A stretch of 32,000 bases of DNA from Synechococcus elongatus PCC 6301 (lineage in GTDB: Bacteria > Cyanobacteriota > Cyanobacteriia > Synechococcales > Synechococcaceae): contig NC_006576.1 of assembly GCF_000010065.1 (NCBI RefSeq), positions 1,110,001-1,142,000 on the forward strand, in the 5' to 3' direction. Numbering within the stretch: the first letter of the stretch is position 1; each line of letters opens with the position of its first letter. This document shows, in pieces, positions 1 to 8,995 of the stretch. The position numbers and the translations under genes are program-made. The notes below the pieces were generated by a model. The model saw nothing but the letters and a program-made list of their open reading frames with translations, made no database searches and was not told where the DNA came from.

Positions 1-467
1 AAGGCTGGACTGGTCAGCCAAGGAATCGGTTGGAATCCTTCGCCAAACACCAACTGCCCGAGTTGGTTGAGTAGACCTGTTTCGGCATAGAGCCACCGCC
101 AAGCAATTCCTGCAACCACGATCGAGACAATGACGGGGGTGTAGTAGGCCAAGCGGAATAGAGTAATGCCGCGTAGTGGGCGATTGACCAAGATTGCTAG
201 GCCCAACGGTAGAAAGACCAGCAGCGGCACGACACCAATGAGATAGATAAACGTATTGCCAAGAGTTTTCCAAAAGACGGCATCGTTAAGCAGCCGCTGA
301 AAATTTTCGAGGCCGACCCACTGGGGCGATCGCGTCAGGTTGTAGTCAAAGCGGGTGAAGCTGAAATAAAAGGCTTGCAGCGCTGGCCAAAACACCGTCA
401 GACCAAGGATTGTCAGCGCCGGTGCCAAGAATAAGTAGGGGGACAGGCGATCGCGCAATGCAGTCAT
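1..467 (-). CDS. Sugar ABC transporter permease (MalF/UgpA-like), partial: C-terminus lies beyond the window edge
   Basis: Manual reverse-strand translation from ATG at 467 is open to position 1: MTALRDRLSPYLFLAPALTILGLTVFWPALQAFYFSFTRFDYNLT...WVGLENFQRLLNDAVFWKTLGNTFIY...RPLRGITLFRLAYYTPVIVSIVVAGIAWRWLYAETGLLNQL. Typical binding-protein-dependent sugar permease N-half. Absent from the supplied ORF track because it is open-ended. Confidence 0.9.
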   Translation of the reverse strand, partial: MTALRDRLSPYLFLAPALTILGLTVFWPALQAFYFSFTRFDYNLTRSPQWVGLENFQRLLNDAVFWKTLGNTFIYLIGVVPLLVFLPLGLAILVNRPLRGITLFRLAYYTPVIVSIVVAGIAWRWLYAETGLLNQLGQLVFGEGFQPIPWLTSPA

Positions 468-546
468 GGACACCTCTGGCACAGATAACCGAGGGCGAAG
501 GCCCCGAAGGTAAAATACTGGTTTCCCCGCTCGGCGTCAGCTTGCC

Positions 547-1653
547 ATGTCCGTTCAAATCCCTGTTGCTCTGCCGCAAAACGCCTACGAGATTGCGATC
601 GCGAATGGGGGATTGGCCGCAGCAGGGACTTGGTTGCAGCAAGCTGATCTGAAGGCGGGCACGAAACTTCTGATTGTGACCAACCCGGCGATCGGGCGGC
701 GTTACGGCGATCGCCTCGTGGCAGCACTGCAAGAAGCAGGTTTCATCGTCGACTGCCTGACCCTACCGGCTGGCGAACGCTACAAAACGCCAGCAACAGT
801 TCAACGCATCTATGACAAAGCCCTAGAACTGCGGCTGGAGCGCCGTTCGGCCTTGGTCGCCTTGGGTGGCGGCGTGATTGGTGACATGACAGGTTTTGCG
901 GCGGCAACCTGGTTGCGCGGCATTAGCTTTGTGCAGATCCCGACCTCCCTGCTGGCAATGGTTGATGCTTCGATTGGGGGCAAAACCGGCGTCAATCATC
1001 CCCGTGGCAAAAACCTGATCGGGGCGTTTCATCAACCCAAGCTGGTGCTAATTGATCCAGAAACGCTACAAACCCTGCCCGTACGGGAGTTCCGTGCCGG
1101 CATGGCTGAGGTAATTAAGTATGGCGTGATTTGGGATCGGGATTTGTTTGAGCGGTTGGAAGCAAGCCCCTTTCTCGATCGCCCGCGATCGCTACCGGCC
1201 AATCTCCTAACGCTGATCTTAGAGCGCTCCTGTCGCGCCAAAGCAGAGGTGGTTGCCAAGGATGAAAAAGAATCGGGCTTGCGGGCCATCCTCAACTACG
1301 GCCATACGATTGGCCACGCCGTCGAAAGTCTGACAGGCTATCGCATCGTTAACCATGGCGAAGCTGTGGCGATCGGGATGGTTGCGGCGGGACGGCTGGC
1401 TGTGGCGCTAGGACTCTGGAATCAGGATGAATGTGATCGCCAAGAAGCCGTGATTGCTAAAGCGGGCTTACCAACACGCCTACCAGAAGGGATTGATCAA
1501 GCTGCAATCGTCGAGGCTCTACAACTCGACAAAAAAGTGCAGGCAGGCAAGGTACGGTTTATTCTGCCAACGACGCTCGGCCACGTCACGATTACCGATC
1601 AGGTACCGAGCCAAACCCTGCAAGAGGTGCTGCAGGCGATCGCCAACCCCTAA
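547..1653 (+). CDS. aroB: 3-dehydroquinate synthase
   Basis: 368 aa with [60 protein letters not shown] and [11 protein letters not shown] motifs. Confidence 0.97.
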   Translation: MSVQIPVALPQNAYEIAIANGGLAAAGTWLQQADLKAGTKLLIVTNPAIGRRYGDRLVAALQEAGFIVDCLTLPAGERYKTPATVQRIYDKALELRLERRSALVALGGGVIGDMTGFAAATWLRGISFVQIPTSLLAMVDASIGGKTGVNHPRGKNLIGAFHQPKLVLIDPETLQTLPVREFRAGMAEVIKYGVIWDRDLFERLEASPFLDRPRSLPANLLTLILERSCRAKAEVVAKDEKESGLRAILNYGHTIGHAVESLTGYRIVNHGEAVAIGMVAAGRLAVALGLWNQDECDRQEAVIAKAGLPTRLPEGIDQAAIVEALQLDKKVQAGKVRFILPTTLGHVTITDQVPSQTLQEVLQAIANP

Positions 1654-1676
1654 GACCTACCGTTGGAGATAGGTGA

Positions 1677-2085
1677 ATGTCCGTTGAAGAAGCCAGTAAA
1701 GCGGTTGTCCGCAACTATGTTGAAGCCTTCAATCGGGGTGATCTTGCAGCCCTCAAAAGCACTCCTAGCAGAGGATGCTGAGATCCAGGGCGTTTTGGGA
1801 CAAGGGCTTTTCGATCGAATCGAGCCCGTTTGGCGTCAATTGATCGAGGGCTACGGCATGCAATTGAGCATCCAAGAACTGATTGCGGAAGGCAATGTGG
1901 TTGCCGCTCGATACCTCGAAACAGGAACGTTTCGGAAGCCAGCGTTTGGACAGCAACCGACAGGTCGATCCTATGAGCTGGTGGCGATCGAATGGTTTGA
2001 GATTGAAAACGGCAAAATTAAACGGCGCTGGGGTGTTCGCGACTCTGCTTCACAAGCTCGTCAGTTAGGGCTGTTGACTTCTTGA
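1677..2085 (+). pseudogene. SnoaL-like/NTF2-fold protein with an apparent one-base frameshift at the AAAA run 1755-1758; the 3' part is an open ORF from ATG 1717
   Basis: Frame starting at ATG 1677 (GGAG about 10 nt upstream) encodes MSVEEASKAVVRNYVEAFNRGDLAALK, a family-typical N-terminus, and then leaves frame. The continuation (ALLAEDAEIQGVLGQGLFDRIEPVWRQLIEGYGMQLSIQELIAEGNVVAARYLETG...) is in the frame of ORF 1663..2085. Confidence 0.6.
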
Positions 2086-2176
2086 TTGCGATCGCCGAAA
2101 CAATATCTGGCCCGTTTAAGGCCGATCGGGAGTTTATGTCAGACTGAGGCAGAACAATTGCCCTTAAACACTGGCT

Positions 2177-2566
2177 GTGACCACCGATTTAATTTGCTTG
2201 CTGATTCTGGCCCTGTGGACCCTACCGCTGAACCACATTCCCGCCATTGGACGGGCTAGCAAAGCCGGTCTGGATTGGGCCATGAGCAATCGCGATCGCC
2301 AGCCAGAAGTGCCGGAGTGGGTGGGTCGTGCCGATCGTGCCCAGCGCAATCACCTCGATAATCTGGCGATGATTGCCAGCGTGATTTTGATTGCGCAGAT
2401 CACAGGCAAAGCGGATGGGACAACTGCGATCGCTTCGATTGTGCTGCTGCTAGCCCGCATCGCCCACAGCCTCACTTACCTAGCTGGTTTACCCCTACCG
2501 CGATCGCTCAGCTACTTTGTCTCTATCGCAGCCCTGCTAACCATTGTCTGGCGTCTGTTTGCCTGA
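2177..2566 (+). CDS. MAPEG family integral membrane protein
   Basis: 129 aa, four hydrophobic segments, and the PEVPEWVGRADRAQRNHLDNLAMIA region typical of the MAPEG superfamily (COG3686-like). Confidence 0.8.
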   Translation: MTTDLICLLILALWTLPLNHIPAIGRASKAGLDWAMSNRDRQPEVPEWVGRADRAQRNHLDNLAMIASVILIAQITGKADGTTAIASIVLLLARIAHSLTYLAGLPLPRSLSYFVSIAALLTIVWRLFA

Positions 2567-2567
2567 A

Positions 2568-2939
2568 CTAGTAGGCGCAAACCCGAAAATCATCCCCGAC
2601 CCAACAGGCGCGATCGCGACTGGAGCGTTCGGCAATACCCCAGCGGGAATTGATGCCCTCGGGGGTCAGTCCTCGCACTTCGGCAACGCCCGGCGACAAA
2701 ACCGTTACGGTAATCACCGAACGGCCAGCAATCCAATTGGACTGCAGCGAGGTCACCGTAAAGCTGCCATTCTGTCCAAACTGTTTAAAGTCGCAAGCAC
2801 CGTTGAAGGTTGTGCGGCCAGCTTCTTGAATCACACAGCGGGCAGGTGTTGCTGATCCGGGCAGTGCGAAGGCTGTTGCTAGGCCTAAGCCCAAGAGGCC
2901 ACTGGCCATCGATTGCATCAACCAATTTGACTTCTGCAT
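2568..2939 (-). CDS. Small exported hypothetical protein
   Basis: Likely start M at 2939: MQKSNWLMQSMASGLLGLGLATAFALPGSATPARC... has a signal peptide and several Cys. C-terminus is RACWVGDDFRVCAY. The longer track ORF reaches 3023. Confidence 0.65.
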   Translation of the reverse strand: MQKSNWLMQSMASGLLGLGLATAFALPGSATPARCVIQEAGRTTFNGACDFKQFGQNGSFTVTSLQSNWIAGRSVITVTVLSPGVAEVRGLTPEGINSRWGIAERSSRDRACWVGDDFRVCAY

Positions 2940-3119
2940 CTTGGGTGCTGGATAGAATACCTTTGTTGTATTAGATTGCCCAGAAAGGTTCTGCGATCGC
3001 AAGCAAGACGCATTTCGATGCAATCAATGCTCTCAGCCTGAAAGGGTCAATCAAAAACAGATGTCACTGGATAGGCAACATCTGTCATTACACAAATACT
3101 CAGTTAGAGCCGATCAACT

Positions 3120-3329
3120 TTAACGAGTTCCCAGCTGTAGCGATCCATTACTGCTTTGATAGGCGCACATTTGTTGCTTAGTGACTCGATCAACCCAACA
3201 GCGAACTGGTTTTCCTTTTTGATTAGCTTCCGCAGTTTCTGGCAAGCTCAGCAGAATAGAGCCGGTGCTGAGCAGCGCGATCGCTGTTAGGAGTGCAGCA
3301 GTAAATGAACGGTGTTTAGTGGAAGTCAT
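3120..3329 (-). CDS. Very small exported hypothetical protein
   Basis: 69 aa, clear signal peptide (MTSTKHRSFTAALLTAIALLSTGSILLSLPETAEA), mature part containing RCWVDRVTKQQMCAY. Confidence 0.6.
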   Translation of the reverse strand: MTSTKHRSFTAALLTAIALLSTGSILLSLPETAEANQKGKPVRCWVDRVTKQQMCAYQSSNGSLQLGTR

Positions 3330-3457
3330 TGTTCAGAACAGAATCACTGACTTCATTACAATCACTCTTGAGCATCTGACTCCTTGTGATCTTTCAGGGC
3401 TCCTATGTGTGAGATTGATCACACATTGGCAACACAATTAATTGCAATGAGCGATCG

Positions 3458-4045
3458 CTATTCGATAAAGGCCGAATGATTTGAATGAGTACGGGTCCAA
3501 GCCCAGCGCTCATGTTCAGCCAACTCTGTACCAGGGCGACTCCAGCGGCGATCAGTGTGACTGAGATCAACACTCGTAAAATTCACGTCGTAGATGAAGG
3601 CATGACTGAGATCAGCCTCATGTAGATCCGCTGCTGTAAAGTCTGTGCGATAGAGAATCGCCCGCACTAAATCCGCTTGCTGCAAGCAAGCTTGGCGACA
3701 GTTAGCCTCGGCCAAGATGCTGTCGTTGAGCATCGCCCGTCGCAGATTCGAACCCACCAATTGCGCCCGACAGAGATCCGATCGCAGGAGATCGGCCCCG
3801 AGCAAATTCGCACCGCTACAGTCTGCCTCTCGGAGAATGGCACCCCGCAACCAAGCTCGCCGCAGATCCGCACCAACCAAAATCGCGCCCGTCAGATCTG
3901 CTCTCTCCAGATCGACATTGACGAGATCGACAAAGGAGAGATCCGCTTGGCGAAGATCGGGAATGACTGTTGGATTTTGCGATCGCCAGCGACTCCAGAC
4001 CGCTGTGCCGCGCCGCAGAAATGCCAGATGTTCTGCATTCGCCAT
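3458..4045 (-). CDS. Pentapeptide-repeat protein
   Basis: 195 aa with repeated A(D/N)Lxx units: LRQADLSFVDLVNVDLERADLTGAILVGADLRRAWLRGAILREADCSGANLLGADLLRSDLCRAQLVGSNLRRAML... Confidence 0.9.
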   Translation of the reverse strand: MANAEHLAFLRRGTAVWSRWRSQNPTVIPDLRQADLSFVDLVNVDLERADLTGAILVGADLRRAWLRGAILREADCSGANLLGADLLRSDLCRAQLVGSNLRRAMLNDSILAEANCRQACLQQADLVRAILYRTDFTAADLHEADLSHAFIYDVNFTSVDLSHTDRRWSRPGTELAEHERWAWTRTHSNHSAFIE

Positions 4046-4050
4046 GACCG

Positions 4051-4692
4051 CTACTCCCGCGAGCGATCGCCGGGATGCTCACGTCCCGACAGGTTTTCCA
4101 GTGCTGCTACAGCAGCCCGCGAGCCAGCAATGATGTCGCGCTCCTCCCCACCCAAAAAGAGTCGCCCAAAACTGCCAATCGCACTGACTTGCAGGATGTT
4201 GATCAACGCCGCCTTTTCCGCTTCGTTGGCTGCTAGCGCTGCATAAGCCGCCGGTTGCACTTCGAGGACGTAGAGGGTTTCACCAGCCAGCAGCATTTGA
4301 CCACGGCGCTGCCGGTTGATCAGCTGCGCTTGGTGAGCATCAATATTGCGGATGATTTGGCTGGAGACAATTTTGGGTTTGAGGCGATCGCGCTCCGTCA
4401 GTCCCAGAGCAGAGAGAACGGCACGTCCCGCTTCACGGACTTCGCCTTGATTACTGGCGTGGACTTCCATCAAGCCGTAGAGGCGTTCGATGAACTGCAC
4501 TCCAGGCCGCACCACCGCCGCCTTGAGGGCGATGTCCATCATCCGGTTGATTTCAATACCCGGGGAGATTTCAATCCAGACCGAGGCATCCCCTGGCAGG
4601 GTCAAAAAGCCTGTGGCGACTGTACCGATATAGGAGGCGTGTTGCCGTTGCAAATTGTCGAGGTAGACGTAACTGCGCAGCTCAACGCCCAA
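4051..4692 (-). CDS. ccmP: Tandem BMC-domain beta-carboxysome shell protein CcmP
   Basis: 213 aa [98 protein letters not shown]... Two BMC-like halves. Length and sequence match my recollection of S. elongatus CcmP. Confidence 0.9.
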   Translation of the reverse strand: MGVELRSYVYLDNLQRQHASYIGTVATGFLTLPGDASVWIEISPGIEINRMMDIALKAAVVRPGVQFIERLYGLMEVHASNQGEVREAGRAVLSALGLTERDRLKPKIVSSQIIRNIDAHQAQLINRQRRGQMLLAGETLYVLEVQPAAYAALAANEAEKAALINILQVSAIGSFGRLFLGGEERDIIAGSRAAVAALENLSGREHPGDRSRE

Positions 4693-4741
4693 AACAACAT
4701 CCTTGTAAAGCCAAATTTGAGTCTACCGCGCAGACTCAGCC

Positions 4742-5260
4742 TCAATCGAGCAAGGGCGCGATCGCACTGGCAATCGCTGCGCGTTGTTCCGCGTCGTAGC
4801 CCCAGCGATCGAGAAAGTCACTAAACGGGCCTTCAGCCGTTAAACTCTGCTGCAAGTCTTGGATCTGTTGGCGCAAGCTCGGGCTCTGGAGTTGCCGCAG
4901 ATGTTCTGCCGATCGCCGACTGACTCGCTGGGATTGAGCGGCCATTGCTGGGTCGGCATTGCGCTCGTGGGTCAGCCCCATCGCCGTAGACATGGCTAGA
5001 TTACGCACCATCAAGTCTTCGACATAGGTTGGTTGCGATCGCAGGGCAGCAATCAAGGCAGGAGCAGGTTGATCCGCCCAGGGCTCGTCGCTCGTGAGGT
5101 AGGTGACGAAAAAGCCCCGTGCCCCATCTCGGCTGGCCACCAACCGGGCGATCGCTTCAATGACGGCATCTGTCGGCTCCAAGGCTAAAAGCTGCTGAGC
5201 CAAGGCGATCGCAGTACCAAAGTCGGGATGATCAGGGATTGTTGGGACAGAGTCTGTCAT
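4742..5260 (-). CDS. Conserved hypothetical cyanobacterial protein
   Basis: Likely start MTDSVPTIPDHPDFGTAIALAQQLL... (track ORF reaches 5281). Soluble, helix-rich, same strand as ccmP and 50 nt away. Confidence 0.65.
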   Translation of the reverse strand: MTDSVPTIPDHPDFGTAIALAQQLLALEPTDAVIEAIARLVASRDGARGFFVTYLTSDEPWADQPAPALIAALRSQPTYVEDLMVRNLAMSTAMGLTHERNADPAMAAQSQRVSRRSAEHLRQLQSPSLRQQIQDLQQSLTAEGPFSDFLDRWGYDAEQRAAIASAIAPLLD

Positions 5261-5323
5261 CGGTGGCAAACAGCAGGGCACTGACGTTGATCTTAGAAGG
5301 CTGACTCAGACCCTCGCCGCGCA

Positions 5324-6487
5324 CTAGAAGGTTTCCTCTTCCGCGATCGCGGGGGGTGCAGATTCGGGATGGGGACCAATCCACTCGGGATGTTTGAAGT
5401 AGTGCAGGTGCTGCCAGCGATCGAGCACATCGTGGATTAAAACCTGCTCAAAGAAGACCTTGGCCACCACAGCGAGCGGCAAGGCCAAAATCAGACCTGC
5501 TAGGCCAAAAATACTGGCAAAAACAATCTGAGCAATCAGGGTCAAGGCCGGCAGCAGCGAGACTTGACGCGCCATAATCGTCGGCGTTAGCCAGTAGCTT
5601 TCAAGTTGCTGAATAATGATGTAAATGACCAGCACCACCCAAGCTTTCCAAGGTTCATCTAATAACACGATAGAAATTGGAAAAACAGCACTAAGTGTGG
5701 GTCCGAGGTTAGGAATTAAGTTGAGGAATCCCGCAATAATCGCATTCACCAGTGCGAGCTTGACACCGAGGATCACCAATCCTAGCCAGCTGAGAATAGC
5801 GATCGCACTGGAGCTGATTAAAATACCGAGAAACCAGTCGCTGAGGGAGATCTCGCAGGCACTGAGAACTTCATCAGCGCGGCGTCGATAGAAGGAAGGC
5901 AGTAGGCGTAGAAAAGTCTGACGATAGGCTTGGGGATTGCTGAGCATCATCAGCATCAACACGATGACTAAGAGCAGCTGAGCAGCGGCAGCCAAGGTGT
6001 TGTTAAAGATGGAAAGAAAATTGCGAGCTAACGGCCCGAGTTGCTGGGAGAACGAGCTCCAATTGCGGCGATCGCCAAAACCCTGAATCAGGTCCCGAAT
6101 GGTCGAGTCGACAAAGCTGCGGGCACTGCGATCGTCACTGAAACCGGGCAAAATCTTGACGACATCCACGAGCCGCTCTTCCACCCAAGTCAGCAACTTG
6201 GCAAAGCCTTGGGGTGCCAAGCGCAGCAACTCTTGAAACTGCACTAGCAACGGCGGCAGCAGCAGAGCAATAAGCAAACCGCCGCCGATCGTGATGCCCA
6301 AGAGCGTCACCGCCAGGGAGGTCCGCCGCGACCACCGCAAACGCTGCTGCAGCTGTCGCGCCAAATGGTTAATGATCACCGCCAAGACCACGGCGGCAAA
6401 CAGCAACAACATCACCTGCCGCAACTGCCAGAGAATGTAGGCGGCTGCTAGGATGCCGGTGAAACCAAGCCACTGCCCGAGGCGCAT
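5324..6487 (-). CDS. AI-2E/PerM family transporter-like permease
   Basis: 387 aa with multiple TMs and family-typical NLIPNLGPTLSAVFPISIVLLDEPWKA... and QQLESYWLTPTIMARQVSLLPALTLIAQIVFASIFGLAGLILALPLAVV. Confidence 0.88.
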   Translation of the reverse strand: MRLGQWLGFTGILAAAYILWQLRQVMLLLFAAVVLAVIINHLARQLQQRLRWSRRTSLAVTLLGITIGGGLLIALLLPPLLVQFQELLRLAPQGFAKLLTWVEERLVDVVKILPGFSDDRSARSFVDSTIRDLIQGFGDRRNWSSFSQQLGPLARNFLSIFNNTLAAAAQLLLVIVLMLMMLSNPQAYRQTFLRLLPSFYRRRADEVLSACEISLSDWFLGILISSSAIAILSWLGLVILGVKLALVNAIIAGFLNLIPNLGPTLSAVFPISIVLLDEPWKAWVVLVIYIIIQQLESYWLTPTIMARQVSLLPALTLIAQIVFASIFGLAGLILALPLAVVAKVFFEQVLIHDVLDRWQHLHYFKHPEWIGPHPESAPPAIAEEETF

Positions 6488-6546
6488 GGTCGAGAATCCT
6501 TTCCGTTGACCTCACTCAGTATGCGGCACTGTTTTGGAGGACTCAC

Positions 6547-8874
6547 ATGCAGCGGACCTGGCGATCGCCCCAAGTGTTCCAACTGCCAGCAGGCTGGCTT
6601 CAGCAGGTTCAGCAAGCTTATCCCCATGACTACGCCGAGGTGCTGGCCCAGCTGATTTGGCAACGACAACTGGCCACCCCGGCATCTCTCGCTGGCTTTC
6701 TCAATCCCGATCGCTATTTACCCACCGGCCCTGAGGCGTTTGGGGTCGAAATGGATGGGGCGATCGCGCGACTCTTACAGGCCCACGCGAATCCTGACGA
6801 TCGCCTCTTGATCTGGGGGGATTTTGACGCCGACGGGCTGACCGCCACAGCAGTGCTCTGGGAAGGACTGGGTCAATACTTTCCCCAGACAGAGCGTCTG
6901 TTTTGGACGATTCCCGATCGCCTCCAGCAATCCCATGGGTTGAACCTTGAGGGACTGGAGCAGGCGATCGCCAACGGCATCACCTTAGTGATTACCTGCG
7001 ATACCGGCTGTAGTGATGCGGAGCTGCTGCAATGGGCCAGCGATCGCGGCTTGGATGTAATTGTCACGGATCACCACACGTTACTCCCTGAACGGCCACC
7101 GGTTACGGCGCTGATCAATCCCCGTCAGTTGCCGACTGACCATCCCCTCGCCACTCTCTCCGGCGTTGCGGTCGCCTACAAATTAATAGAAGCGCTCTAT
7201 CAAGCTCTCCCCCTAGCGACAGCACAACCCTTGGAGCATCTGCTGGATTTAGTCGCGATCGGTCTGATTGCCGATTTAGTCGACCTGCGGGGGGACTGTC
7301 GCTATTTGGCGCAGCGAGGCTTGCAGCAATTACAGCAACTGGCCCAAGTCCGGCCCCAAGCCAGTCGTCGTCCCGGCATCACCGAACTCCTGAATCGCTG
7401 CCGGGGTAGCGGCGATCGCCCGACTGACATCCGCTTTGGTCTGGGGCCACGACTCAATGCTGTCAGCCGCCTCCAGGGCAAGGCCGATCTGGCACTGCAA
7501 CTCCTGACCAGCCGCGATCCAACCGCCGCTCGACGATTGGCCCAACAGGTCGAGGAGCTGAACCAACGGCGGCAGCGCTTACAGCGTGACCTGCTGCGGG
7601 AATTAGAACCCCAAATTCAGCAACAGCGCGATCGCGCCGCTCTCGTCCTAGTCGGCGAGGGCTGGCACGGCGGCCTCCTAGGGCTGGTGGCCAGTCAGGT
7701 TGCCCATCGAGAAGACAAACCGACCTTAGTTCTCAGTCTGGATCCCCCCAAGACTCAACCGCGATTGGCCCGTGGCTCGGCCCGATCGATCACCGGCCTC
7801 AATCTCTATGAACTGCTCGCCAACCAGCGATCGCTACTGCTCCGTTTTGGCGGTCATCCGCAAGCAGCGGGACTGACCCTGATCGATGAGCATCTACCCC
7901 TGCTCAGAGAAGCCCTCGAACAACGGCTCCAGCAGTATCCGCCCGATCGCAGCCAAGCGGCGATCGCGCCAGAGCTGACGGTGAGCGTAGCGGATCTCGA
8001 TCGCCCCCTATTTCGCGCCCTCTATGCGCTGGAGCCTTGCGATCGCCTGCCGCAATTGGAAGTTCGGCGCTGTCGCTTGCAACGGCAGTGGCAAAATTCT
8101 GTCGGTTCCGGCCCTTATCGCCGTCAGTACTGGACCTTTCAGATCACCGATGACCGTGGCGCGATCGCCCAGGGACAATACTGGCCCGAGAGCAATGCCG
8201 AGACCTTACCCCCCGAGGGCGATCGCTGCGACCTCGTGATCGAGCTCGATCTCCGCAGCGCTGCCGGGGATCAAAACCGGAAGGAACTGGTTGCCCGTCT
8301 GCTGGCTTGGCGATTACCGCAGTCAGAGTCAGCGATTCCTATGCCTGACTTGCTGGATTGGCGATCGCAGCTGCCGGATCCAGCGATCGCAGCTCATATC
8401 CTCACGACTTGTCCTTGGAGCTGGGAAGAACTCGCCAGCCACTGGCAACAGGCGCTGCGATTGCAACAACCATTAGCGCTGGCTTACCCGCACCCCGAAG
8501 CTGAGAGTCTGGAACGAGGATGGCGGCAATGGCTGGGAATCCTGACGGCCCTAGCCCAGCGATCGCAACCTGTCCCTTGGCCTCAACTCAGTGATCACCT
8601 GGGCTGGCCCACGGCTTTGATCAGCACTGGTTTACAAGTCTGTCAGCCCTTGGGTTATCACTGGCAAGCCAGTGCAGAAGGACTATTACTTATTTGGCCG
8701 GACCGGGCACAGTTGGCTTGGCAAAGCCCCCACCTCCAACAAACCCATCAGCAATGGCAGCGACTCCTGCGAGAATGGCAGAGACGGCGACAGTTCTTTG
8801 CTGAGGCTTCCCTCAAGACGCTAGCCGCAGGCCTAAACGATCGCTATAATCTCCGCACTTCCGAGCCGGCCTAG
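6547..8874 (+). CDS. recJ: Single-stranded-DNA-specific exonuclease RecJ
   Basis: 775 aa with DHH-family motifs GDFDADGLTATA, TCDTGCSD, DVIVTDHHT, GPRLNAVSRLQG, and HEGWHGG-type motif (GEGWHGGLLGLVASQVAHR), GGHPQAAGLTL. Confidence 0.95.
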   Translation: MQRTWRSPQVFQLPAGWLQQVQQAYPHDYAEVLAQLIWQRQLATPASLAGFLNPDRYLPTGPEAFGVEMDGAIARLLQAHANPDDRLLIWGDFDADGLTATAVLWEGLGQYFPQTERLFWTIPDRLQQSHGLNLEGLEQAIANGITLVITCDTGCSDAELLQWASDRGLDVIVTDHHTLLPERPPVTALINPRQLPTDHPLATLSGVAVAYKLIEALYQALPLATAQPLEHLLDLVAIGLIADLVDLRGDCRYLAQRGLQQLQQLAQVRPQASRRPGITELLNRCRGSGDRPTDIRFGLGPRLNAVSRLQGKADLALQLLTSRDPTAARRLAQQVEELNQRRQRLQRDLLRELEPQIQQQRDRAALVLVGEGWHGGLLGLVASQVAHREDKPTLVLSLDPPKTQPRLARGSARSITGLNLYELLANQRSLLLRFGGHPQAAGLTLIDEHLPLLREALEQRLQQYPPDRSQAAIAPELTVSVADLDRPLFRALYALEPCDRLPQLEVRRCRLQRQWQNSVGSGPYRRQYWTFQITDDRGAIAQGQYWPESNAETLPPEGDRCDLVIELDLRSAAGDQNRKELVARLLAWRLPQSESAIPMPDLLDWRSQLPDPAIAAHILTTCPWSWEELASHWQQALRLQQPLALAYPHPEAESLERGWRQWLGILTALAQRSQPVPWPQLSDHLGWPTALISTGLQVCQPLGYHWQASAEGLLLIWPDRAQLAWQSPHLQQTHQQWQRLLREWQRRRQFFAEASLKTLAAGLNDRYNLRTSEPA

Positions 8875-8945
8875 CTTGCCTCGACCGACGGCGGAACCGC
8901 CGGGACAACTGGCACAGTTACCCTGTGAACTGTCCCAAGCTCTTG

Positions 8946-8962
8946 CCTAGGCTGAGCCTAGG
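8946..8962. promoter_or_regulatory. Perfect 8+1+8 inverted repeat CCTAGGCT-G-AGCCTAGG between recJ and the S41 protease gene
   Basis: Read directly. An imperfect GGGACA...TGTCCC dyad lies just upstream (about 8908-8940). Function unknown; could be a terminator, attenuator or operator. Confidence 0.45.
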
Positions 8963-8995
8963 GTTTCCCGCTTTTGGCTTCTAGGAGCCTCGACC

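Noticed and set aside
2568-2939. Possibility that the small exported proteins form a bacteriocin or toxin-immunity pair
   Set aside because: No transporter, maturation enzyme, GG leader or immunity-like membrane protein is adjacent. The only evidence is the shared Cys motif.
3677-4246. Long plus-strand ORFs (3677..4246, 3717..4133) antisense to the pentapeptide gene and ccmP
   Set aside because: Composition looks like shadow frames of a GC-biased coding strand. The opposite strand has clear pentapeptide repeats and CcmP. No recognisable domain.
4255-4824. 189-aa plus-strand ORF antisense to ccmP
   Set aside because: Fully antisense to a confidently identified gene and spans into the next one, with no family motifs.
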